A DNA stretch of 21,127 bases. It comes from Macrostomum lignano (lineage: Eukaryota). The notes under the pieces were generated by a model. It was not told the DNA's origin. It ran no database searches and worked only from the letters and a program-made list of their open reading frames with translations. Below, one piece after another: positions 1 to 9,275 of the stretch. The stretch covers positions 1 to 21,127 of the forward strand of contig NIVC01005209.1 of the NCBI GenBank assembly GCA_002269645.1, read 5' to 3'. The position numbers and the translations under genes are program-made. How positions within the stretch are numbered: the first letter of the stretch is position 1; every line of letters starts with the position of its first letter.

Positions 1-1108
1 CCCATCCTACAGCAGCTGCTTTTGACTACACCTTCAAATCCGGCTCGGACAGTGGTGAGTCTCTGCGGCATTTGGTGTGTCTGGTGGGCCCACACGTCAG
101 AATCCCAATGCAGTTCCACCCACCAGTGCTGCACCCTGCCACACTGCAACCCCAATCCTGCCACACTGCACCCCTGCCACACTGCAACCCAATCCTGCCA
201 CACTGCACCCCACCCCTGCCACACTGCAACCCCAATCCTGCCACACTGCATCCCCACCCTGCCACACTGCACCCCACCCCTGCCACACTGCAACCCAATC
301 CTGCCACACTGCATCCCCACCCCTGCCACACTGCACCCCACCCCTGCCACACTGCAACCCCAATCCTGCCACACTGCACCCCTGCCACACTGCACCCCAC
401 CCCTGCCACACTGCACCCCTGCCACACTGCACCCCCACCCCTGCCACACTGCAACCCCACCCCTGCCACACTGCACCCCCACCCCTGCCACACTGCAACC
501 CCAATCCTGCCACACTGCACCCCCACCCTGCCACACTGCATCCCCACCCCTGCCACACTGCATCCCCACCCCTGCCACACTGCACCCCCACCCCTGCCAC
601 ACTGCACCCCACCCCTGCCACACTGCACCCCACCCCTGCCACTGCAGTTTTACATCTCCGGCTGCGGCAGCTGCCCGTTCAGCGGAGGCAGCGACGGCTC
701 CACCTGCCGCACCTGCCACTCGAACTACTGCAACTCGGCTCAGAGCCGCATCACCTGCTACTCCAGCTTCGGCGGCAGTCGGAAGGATAAAAAGGAGCTG
801 GACTGTCCTTCATCCACCAGCTGCTTTCACTACAGCTACTCCTATAATTTCGGCATGACTGAGGTGAGCTCGCACTCGAAAACTCTTCATAGAGAGTGGC
901 AAAAAAATCACAAAGCCTCTATTTTCCCCTGCTTCATCAGTTCTTCTTTGCCGGCTGCGGAAACTGCTCGTTCAGCAGCGACACCACGACCTGCCGCACC
1001 TGCTTCACCGACCTCTGCAACTCCGGAAGCCGGCTGGGAAGCCGCGCCTTCACCGCCGCTGCCGCCGCCGCTGTCGTTTTCTGCGTGATGCTGCTGAGCT
1101 ACCGCTGA
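1..1108 (+). CDS. 3' part of a GPI-anchored multi-domain Ly6/uPAR (three-finger/LU-like) protein; exons approx. <1-54 (donor uncertain), 648-863, 941-1108
   Basis: Exon 648-863 reads FYISGCGSCPFSGGSDGSTCRTCHSNYCN-SAQSRITCYSSFGG...DCPSSTSCFHYSYSYNFGMTE. A 77-nt GT-AG intron (864-940, phase 0) joins it to FFFAGCGNCSFSSDTTTCRTCFTDLCN-SGS plus a hydrophobic tail and stop. The repeated C-x2-C...CN endings and the small-residue site followed by a hydrophobic C-terminus fit LU domains with a GPI signal. The first exon needs an indel near 20-23 to keep frame. Confidence 0.75.
129..647 (+). repeat. Intronic minisatellite, about 21-22 bp unit (cactgcaccccacccctgcca), about 24 copies, ending in the splice acceptor
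   Basis: Direct reading. The last partial unit is cccctgccactgcAG, immediately before exon 648. Confidence 0.95.
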
Positions 1109-1290
1109 CAGCTGCTGAGCTACCGCTGACAGCTGGCTGAGCTACCGCTGACAGCTGCTGAGCTACCGCTGACAGCTGCTGAGCTACCGCTGACAGCTGC
1201 TGAGCTACCGCTGACAGCTGCTGAGCTACCGCTGACAGCTGGCTGAGCTACCGCTGACAGCTGCTGAGCTACCGCTGACAGCTGCTGAGC
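1091..1290 (+). repeat. 21 bp tandem repeat (ctgctgagctaccgctgacag), about 9.5 copies; the first copy contains the last codons and stop of the Ly6-like gene
   Basis: Direct reading. The unit translates L-L-S-Y-R-stop-Q. Confidence 0.95.
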
Positions 1291-1576
1291 TGAGAAGCTA
1301 TACAGTTATACCTAGATGACTCTGTAACTATAAGTGTTTTTATAACTATTATAACTATTTTTTAATATCGACTACAGAATGTTTAGTGCCACATGCGTGA
1401 AAAAAATTGAATTTTAGTATCCTAGTAAATTCCGCCGTGAACTGCTTTGCACCTGTATTTGCTCAACTCGTTTATTTCTCGTATAGTTTTATGTAATTGT
1501 GGTTTATATATAGTTTTAATTTCACGAACAATTTATAAAATGAGTTTTCCTTTTTGATATTGAAAACATAATTGAT

Positions 1577-2381
1577 CTGAGCGATTCCCCATCACCTGAG
1601 CGATTCCCCATCACCTGAGCGATTCCCCATCACCTGAGCGATTCCCCATCACCTGAGCGATTCCCCATCACCTGAGCGATTCCCCATCACCTGAGCGATT
1701 CCCCATCACCTGAGCGATTCCCCATCACCTGAGCGATTCCCCATCACCTAGCGATTCCCCATCACCTGAGCGATTCCCCATCACCTGAGCGATTCCCCAT
1801 CACCTGAGCGATTCCCCATCACCTGAGCGATTCCCCATCACCTGAGCGATTCCCCATCACCTGAGCGATTCCTCATCACCTGAGCGATTCCCCATCACCT
1901 GAGCGATTCCCCATCACCTGAGCGATTCCCCATCACCTGAGCGATTCCCATCACCTGAGCGATTCCCCATCACCTGAGCGATTCCCCATCACCTGAGCGA
2001 TTCCCCATCACCTGAGCGATTCCCCATCACCTGAGCGATTCCTCATCACCTGAGCGATTCCCCATCACCTGAGCGATTCCCCATCACCTGAGCGATTCCC
2101 CATCACCTGAGCGATTCCCCATCACCTGAGCGATTCCCCATCACCTGAGCGATTCCCCATCACCTGAGCGATTCCCCATCACCTGAGCGATTCCCCATCA
2201 TCTGAGCGATTCCCCATCACCTGAGCGATTCCCCATCACCTGAGCGATTCCCCATCACCTGAGCGATTCCCCATCATCTGAGCGATTCCCCATCACCTAA
2301 GCCATTCCCATCACCTGAGCGATTCCCATCACCTGAGCGATTCCCCATCACCTGAGCGATTCCCCATCACCTGAGCGATTC
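1577..2381. repeat. Highly homogeneous 19 bp minisatellite (ctgagcgattccccatcac), about 42 copies
   Basis: Direct reading. Head-to-tail units with few variants and no spacers. Confidence 0.97.
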
Positions 2382-2435
2382 TAACTATTTCGACTACCAT
2401 TCCGTCCCTGGACTTTGCCTCTCGACTTTTGGACC

Positions 2436-2441
2436 AATAAA
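2436..2441 (+). terminator. Candidate poly(A) signal (AATAAA) for the Ly6-like gene
   Basis: First AATAAA I found on + downstream of the stop at 1108; another lies at 2534-2539. There is no transcript evidence. Confidence 0.3.
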
Positions 2442-2620
2442 CATGTACTTTGAACATTAAATATTAAATATTGATTGAATTTACCCCAAAAATTTTGTAT
2501 TTATTGCCGTTCTCACTCGTTTTTTCGCTCAAAAATAAACCTAGCCTGAAGATGCACAGTTTCGTGCGAAACGCGTCGCTATAAATTTAATGTTAACTTT
2601 CGCCTTCCTATTTCCCTTTC

Positions 2621-3106
2621 CAGTCTTCTCCTCCAGTCTCCCCCTCTGCCCCTCCAGTCTCCCCTCCAGTCTCCCCTCCAGTCTCCCCTCCAGTCTCCCC
2701 CTCTAGTCTCCCCTCCAGTCTCCCCTCCAGTCTCCCCTCCAGTCTCCCCTCCAGTCTCCCCCTCCAGTCTCCCCCTCTAGTCTCCCCTCCAGTCTCCCCC
2801 TCTAGTCTCCCCTCCAGTCTCCCCCTCCAGTCTCCCCCTCTAGTCTCCCCTCCAGTCTCCCCCTCCAGTCTCCCCTCCAGTCTCCCCTCCAGTCTCCCCC
2901 TCCAGTCTCCCCCTCTAGTCTGCCCCTCCAGTCTCCCCCTCCAGTCTCCCCTCCAGTCTCCCCCTCCAGTCTCCCCTCCAGTCTCCCCCTCCAGTCTCCC
3001 CTCCAGTCTCCCCCTCCAGTCTCCCCCAGTCCCCCTCCAGTCTCCCCCTCCAGTCCCCCTCCAGTCTCCCCCTCCAGTCTCCCCCTCCAGTCTCCCCCTC
3101 CAGTCT
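2621..3106. repeat. 12-13 bp pyrimidine-rich minisatellite (ccagtctcccct[c]), about 38 copies
   Basis: Direct reading. Confidence 0.95.
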
Positions 3107-3198
3107 ATACTATTTAGACTCGCGTTGCGGCCGCTGAGTCGGCATAATTTTGGCAAAATATGTTTTGCCTGCCTGATTTGCCAAGCAGGGCATTCAAA

Positions 3199-4950
3199 AT
3201 GGACTCCATGCAGGCAGCATGACCGTGCAGGCCCTCAAAGATGCCTTACTCGAGAAGGCCCTACCGACAGGTGGCAGTAAAGCGGAGCTGATAGGCCTCC
3301 AGCTCGCTGCAAGCCGGGCCGAGCGGCTCCCAGCGAGCATGAGGCTTACGGCGGCGACGACCAGGACGAAGCTGACGTGCGCCAAGCTGCGCCAGCGGAG
3401 GAGGCGACAGAGGCGCAGATTCGGCAGACTCAGAAGCGGATGGAGCTGCTGAAGCTGCAGAAGGCTGAGGCCAAAGCGACGAGAAGAAGTGCAGTCGATC
3501 CGCGGTGGCTTCGCATCGCCCCAGCCAGCCAGAAGAGGAAATCTTCGCCAGCCAGCCTGTTCGGTGACCAGAGCCGACAGCCGAGGCTTGATTCGGCCGG
3601 AACACAGCGGCCCCCTCAGCGCTGCTCATCCCAAACTTCCTGGCCGAGAGGCAGCGGTCGGGAGGATGGCTGACGCAGAACGTCAGAGGGCTGACGCAGG
3701 AACACCAAATGGCTGACGCAGGAACGTCAGAGGGCTGACGCAGGAACGCCAAATGGCTGACGCAGGAACGTCAGAGGGCTGACGCAGGAACGCCAAATGG
3801 CTGACGCAGGAACGTCAGAGGGCTGACGCAGGAACGCCAAATGGCTGACGCAGGAACGTCAGAGGGCTGACGCAGGAACGCCAAATGGCTGACGCAGGAA
3901 CGCCAAATGGCTGACGCAGGAACGTCAGAGCGCTGACGCAGGAACGTCAGAGGGCTGACGCAGGAACGTCAGAGGGCTGACGCAGGAACGTCAGAGGGCT
4001 GACGCAGGAACGTCAGAGGGCTGACGCAGGAACGCCAAATGGCTGACGCAGGAACGTCAGAGGGCTGACGCAGGAACGCCAAATGGCTGACGCAGGAACG
4101 TCAGAGGGCTGACGCAGGAACGTCAAATGGCTGACGCAGGAACGCCAAATGGCTGACGCAGGAACGTCAGAGGGCTGACGCAGGAACGTCAGAGGGCTGA
4201 CGCAGGAACGTCAGAGGGCTGACGCAGGAACGCCAAATGGCTGACGCAGGAACGTCAGAGGGCTGACGCAGGAACGTCAGAGGGCTGACGCAGGAACACC
4301 AAATGGCTGACGCAGGAACGTCAGAGGGCTGACGCAGGAACACCAAATGGCTGACGCAGGAACGTCAGAGGGCTGACGCAGGAACGTCAGAGGGCTGACG
4401 CAGGAACGTCAGAGGGCTGACGCAGGGTCGCTTGACTCTGAAAGGCGCAACGCCGAGCCTGTCCGGAGTCAACTTCGGCCAGAGGGTGGCTGCCAACAAC
4501 GCGCGCATCATGCAGCGGCTGCTGGTGACCGGCCAGCTGGTGGCGCCCGGTGACAGCCAGACTGCAAGAGGCTGAGCGCCAACTCAACTTCAACATCTAC
4601 GCTCGTGCATCGGCAAGCTGCTCCAGTACGACCAGCACGTGAGGCTGCAGCAGCACTCGCGACAGAGTGACTGGGACAGCCCCGAGCTGAACCTCATCAT
4701 CAAGCATATGACGGCGCCATGAGACCTGCGAGCTGCTGGCCCAGTGGCGGTCAGTCAAGGAGTCCAAGGTCACCAGAGCAAGGGCCAGCTGTCATCCGCT
4801 GGTCAGGTCAGGTCATCTGCGGCCTGTTCAGATTCCTCCTGCTTTCACTTGGTGTCGGGGTTCGCTTCCCCTTTCTGGCCGGCTGTGCCGGTCTTTTCTG
4901 CCCCTCGCTTTTGCTCCGCGTTCGTCTTTTGGGGTTCAAATAGTCGATAG
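3199..4950 (+). mobile_element. Degenerate SAP-domain plus gag-like ORF, probably an ORF1 remnant of a DIRS/Ngaro-type retrotransposon, frameshifted and split by a tandem array
   Basis: At 3219, MTVQALKDALLEKALPTGGSKAELI matches the SAP motif. An acidic/coiled stretch follows in another frame, then ALLIPNFL (3619-3642). After the array come GRLTLKGATPSLSGVNFGQRVAANNARIMQRLLVTGQL (4426 onward) and CIGKLLQYDQHVRLQQHSRQSDWDSPELNL. I recall this pattern (LLIPxF...QWxxANxRIM...IGxL...YDxxxRxxQ...W) from invertebrate DIRS-like ORF1 proteins; it was not database-verified. There are several frameshifts, and no RT/RNase H/recombinase is seen. Confidence 0.55.
3668..4425. repeat. 22 bp minisatellite with two variants (ggctgacgcaggaacgtcagag / ggctgacgcaggaacgccaaat), about 34 copies
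   Basis: Direct reading. It lies inside the gag-like remnant. Confidence 0.96.
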
Positions 4951-5043
4951 GGCGTTACTGTTAGACAAAATCAGTAACAGTAAAGCCCAGCTGGATCAAT
5001 CAGCCACATCAAGGTGAGCTAATCATAGTTCAATAGTTAAGCT

Positions 5044-5375
5044 TGCACCAACCTGCACCAACCCACACCAACCCACACCAACCTGCACCAACCTGCACCA
5101 ACCTGCACCAACCCACACCAACCCACACCAACCTGCACCAACCTGCACCAACCTGCACCAACCCACACCAACCCACACCAACCTGCACCAACCTGCACCA
5201 ACCTGCACCAACCCACACCAACCCACACCAACCTGCACCAACCTGCACCAACCTGCACCAACCCACACCAACCCACACCAACCTGCACCAACCCACACCA
5301 ACCTGCACCTACCCACACCAACCTGCACCAACCTGCACCAAACTGCACCAACCTGCACCAAACTGCACCAACCTG
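5044..5375. repeat. 10 bp repeat (acctgcacca / acccacacca), about 33 copies, with a 50 bp higher-order period
   Basis: Direct reading. The variant order is mostly AAABB repeated. Confidence 0.95.
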
Positions 5376-5562
5376 AAGAAACCCTGCAAAAGGAAAAAGA
5401 GCATTCTAAAGCCGAGTACAACAACAGCACTGTTATATTTTCATTTAACATGCGCGTGAACTACAAATGGATTAAGATGGGATTTCTGAACTTTCTGTCT
5501 GTTTGCTTCGGACCTGCTTCGAATCACATAAACGTTGGTCGAATGGTGCCCGCACAGCGGCT

Positions 5563-8500
5563 TCAGCAGTACTTGAACAGGCAGCACTCGTGCACCGGCT
5601 CCACCAGCCAGCGCTCCAGTTCCCTGTCGAACTTCATGTGGTAGCCTGTAATGCCTGCGGGGGGAGTTGTGAGCTCACTGACTCCCTGTGCACAGCTTAT
5701 TGACTCACCTGTGCACAGCTCACTGACTCACCTGTGCACAGCTCACTGACTCACCTGTGCACAGCTCACTGACTCACCTGTGCACAGCTTATTGACTCAC
5801 CTGTGCACATCTCACTGACTCACCTGTGCACAGCTCACTGACTCACCTGTGCACAGCTTATTGACTCACCTGTGCACAGCTCACTGACTCACCTGTGCAC
5901 AGCTTATTGACTCACCTGTGCACAGCTCACTGACTCACCTGCGCACACCTCACTGACTCACCTGTGCACAGCTCACTGACTCCCCTGTGCACAGCTCACT
6001 GACTCACCTGTGCACAGCTCACTGACTCACCTGTGCACAGCTTATTGACTCACCTGTGCACAGCTCACTGACTCACCTGCGCACACCTCACTGACTCACC
6101 TGTGCACAGCTCACTGACTCCCTGTGCACAGCTCACTGACTCACCTGTGCACAGCTCACTGACTCACCTGTGCACAGCTTATTGACTCACCTGTGCACAG
6201 CTCACTGACTCACCTGTGCACAGCTCACTGACTCACCTGTGCACAGCTCACTGACTCACCTGTGCACAGCTTATTGACTCACCTGTGCACAGCTCACTGA
6301 CTCACCTGCGCACACCTCACTGACTCACCTGTGCACAGCTCACTGACTCCCTGTGCACAGCTTATTGACTCACCTGTGCACAGCTCACTGACTCACCTGT
6401 GCACAGCTTATTGACTCACCTGTGCACAGCTCACTGACTCACCTGTGCACAGCTTATTGACTCACCTGTGCACAGCTCACTGACTCACCTGTGCACAGCT
6501 TATTGACTCACCTGTGCACAGCTCACTGACTCACCTGTGCACAGCTTATTGACTCACCTGTGCACAGCTTATGACTCACCTGTGCACAGCTCACTGACTC
6601 ACCTGCGCACACCTCACTGACTCACCTGTGCACAGCTCACTGACTCACCTGTGCACAGCTCACTGACTCACCTGTGCACAGCTCACTGACTCACCTGTGC
6701 ACAGCTCACTGACTCACCTGCGCACACCTCACTGACTCACCTGTGCACAGCTCACTGACTCACCTGTGCACAGCTCACTGACTCACCTGTGCACAGCTCA
6801 CTGACTCACCTGTGCACAGCTCACTGACTCCCTGTGCACAGCTTATTGACTCACCTGTGCACAGCTCACTGACTCACCTGTGCACAGCTCACTGACTCAC
6901 CTGTGCACAGCTCACTGACTCACCTGTGCACAGCTTATTGACTCACCTGTGCACAGCTCACTGACTCACCTGTGCACAGCTCACTGACTCACCTGTGCAC
7001 AGCTCACTGACTCACCTGTGCACAGCTCATAGTCAGAGCAGCAGCCGAAGGCGTCAGCCGTGAAGGGCAGGCAGGACACCGCAAAGTCGATGGGGATGCA
7101 GCGCAGGTCCACCACCGGCTCGATGACCTGGCAGGAGAACAGGTAGGCCAGCCAGCCGTGCAGCACGTGACCGGAGCAGCAGTTGGCGCTCTCGTCAGTC
7201 AGCATGCTCTTCCAGAAGCGCCTCACCAGGCTGTGCCTGCCGCGGTGCTCGAATGTGCTGATCAGCATCTCCAGGATCTTCTGGACGCCTTCCATCCAGG
7301 GCGTCTCGATGCCGTAGTCCTCGGAGCTGGTCCTGAGGTAGGCGCACACTTCCTGGAAGCTCTGCAGCAGGTGCTGCCAGTCCTCCATCTTGCCCAGCAT
7401 CCGCACACCGTAGATGCCGCACATGAACTCCTGCTCTCGGAATGCGGCTGACGGGGCGGGGAAGCAACGGCTTGAAAATTCGCTCTGGTGGGCCTCAGCC
7501 AGCAGTTTTAGTCCCGCCTGATAGCGCAACAGCTCACAGCTTGCACTCCACCAGAGCACTCCTGCAGCTCACACCGAGCACTCTCCCATGCCGCAGGCAG
7601 CACACACCGAGCACTCTCCCATGCCACAGGCAGCACACACCGAGCACTCTCCAATGCCGCAGGCAGCACACACCGAGCACTCTCCCATGCCGCAGGCAGC
7701 ACACGCCGAGCACTCTCCCATGCCGCAGGCAGCATACACCGAGCACTCTCCATGCCGCAGGCAGCACACACCGAGCACTCTCCCATGCCACAGGCAGCAC
7801 ACGCCGAGCACTCTCCCATGCCGCAGGCAGCACACACCGAGCACTCTCCCATGCCGCAGGCAGCACACGCCGAGCACTCTCCCATGCCACAGGCAGCACA
7901 CATTGAGCACTCTCCCATACCGCAGGCAGCACACGCCGAGCACTCTCCCATGCCGCAGGCAGCACACGCCGAGCACTCTCCCATGCCGCAGGCAGCACAC
8001 GCCGAGCACTCTCCCATGCCGCAGGCAGCACACACCGAGCACTCTCCCATGCCGCAGGCAGCACACGCAGACCACTCACAGTCCGGCACGAATCGGTACT
8101 TGAAGGCGCAAACGGCCGAGTTGAGGTTGCCCAAGTCGGAGGCCTCGGTGGAGCTGGAGAAGCTCCGCTGCAGCAGCGTGGCCAGCTCAGTCTTGTGCGC
8201 GGTGCCGCGGTACACAGCCGCCTCGATCTCCCGCAGCCAGACGCCCACGGTCGGCTTGGCCACGCAGGCGGAGATGCTCACCTGCTGCAGGCTGCTCATT
8301 ACGCTGATGTCATCCCGGCGGACCCGGTGCTCCAGGTGCACCTGCTGGCTGATGCACTGGGCGATGCAGTTCCACCAGTCCTGAGGCGCCATGGACGCGA
8401 TGCCGTGCAGCCGGTAGGCCATCAGCAGGCTGCCGGGGAAGCCCAGCAGGTCGATGACGTACTTCTGGCCAGAGTCTGAGTCGTTCTGCATCACCCAGTG

Positions 8501-8698
8501 CTCAGGCGACACCACCAGCTTCCTCTCCGTGCCGGCGTCAAACACAATGTCCGCGTTCGACTGGCGCAGGAAGGGCCGGAAGGCCACAAAGCCGCAGTCG
8601 GGGATGCAGCTGTCAAGAATCGGCTTCATCTTGTTAGAGGACAGCCGCTCCAGCAGCTTGTCCACAATGATAATCGAGCCCTGATTTGACTGCGCCAT
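5563..8698 (-). CDS. Uncharacterised protein of about 380 aa; join(complement) 8080-8698, 7016-7447, 5563-5654
   Basis: ATG at 8698 (MAQSNQGS...). Donor GTGAGT at 8079 (phase 1) pairs with acceptor ccccgccccgtcAG at 7448. Donor GTGAGT at 7015 (phase 1) pairs with acceptor ccccccgcAG at 5655. The stop TGA is at 5563-5565. Phases fit with no internal stop (1143 nt) and codons are GC3-rich like the neighbouring genes. No domain was recognised, and an upstream exon cannot be excluded. Confidence 0.75.
5672..7027 (-). repeat. 23 bp minisatellite (minus: ctgtgcacagGTGAGTcagtgag), about 59 copies, a tandem amplification of the exon/intron donor junction
   Basis: The unit is the last 10 nt of exon 7016-7447 plus the first 13 nt of the intron. 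The array fills nearly all of intron 5655-7015. Confidence 0.97.
7571..8068. repeat. 33 bp intronic minisatellite (ccatgccgcaggcagcacacaccgagcactctc), about 15 copies
   Basis: Direct reading. It lies within intron 7448-8079. Confidence 0.95.
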
Positions 8699-8937
8699 TT
8701 GCCAGCCTGATTCAATGCTTGCCGAAGCAAAATCTGCGCTGGGGCAGCGGCGGCCGCGCCCTCCGCCGCCTGGGGGACTCGCGGAATGCCCGTCTATGGC
8801 AGAAATCACAGATGGCTCAGATGAAAGAGTGGATTGCTCAACTGGGCAATGTCTATGTCAAAATCTACTCAACGGCGACCTATGGAACGCATACTTGTGT
8901 GTTCTTCAAAATAAGGACGCCGTTCAGAGGTGCAGCG

Positions 8938-9134
8938 CAGTCGGGTGCCATCTGGCACTGTGGGTGCAACAGTCGGGTGCCATCTGGCAATGCGGGTGCA
9001 ACAGTCGGGTGCCATCTGGCACTGCGGGTGCAACAGTCGGGTGCCATCTGGCACTGTGGGTGCAACAGTCGGGTGCCATCTGGCAATGCGGGTGCAACAG
9101 TCGGGTGCCATCTGGCACCGAGGGTGCAACAGTC
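8938..9134. repeat. 32 bp tandem repeat (gtgcaacagtcgggtgccatctggcactgtgg), about 6 copies, intergenic
   Basis: Direct reading. It sits between the PQBP1 3' end and the start of the uncharacterised gene. Confidence 0.93.
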
Positions 9135-9269
9135 AGCAGCCTGCTGTTCCAATTGGAACTTGGCGGCAAAGAAAGTAAAAAGTACACAAAGTTCTCTTGG
9201 CTAACAAGTTGATTTTTAAACAGCCCAAGTGCGGCTGAAAGTGCATGTACAAGCGGCCCGCGGCTCGAG

Positions 9270-9275
9270 TTTATT
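9270..9275 (-). terminator. Candidate poly(A) signal (AATAAA) of PQBP1
   Basis: Plus-strand tttatt about 90 nt past the PQBP1 stop. Confidence 0.55.

Noticed and set aside
22-858. Pro/His/Cys-rich ORFs on both strands
   Set aside because: These are translations of the intronic 21-22-mer. Only 648-863 is coding.
1577-2381. CRISPR-like appearance of this and other regular arrays (also 5672-7027, 17158-18214)
   Set aside because: The units are head-to-tail with no unique spacers, there are no cas genes, and the context is eukaryotic.
2608-3156. Gly/Arg/Glu-rich (GGDWRGRLE)n ORF, and similar ORFs at 5023-5459 and 11477-11930
   Set aside because: These are pure repeat translations without non-repetitive coding context.
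7561-7563. Alternative acceptor ctgcAG at 7562 for exon 2 of the orphan gene
   Set aside because: Joining the phase-1 donor creates an immediate TGA. The acceptor at 7448 keeps the frame.
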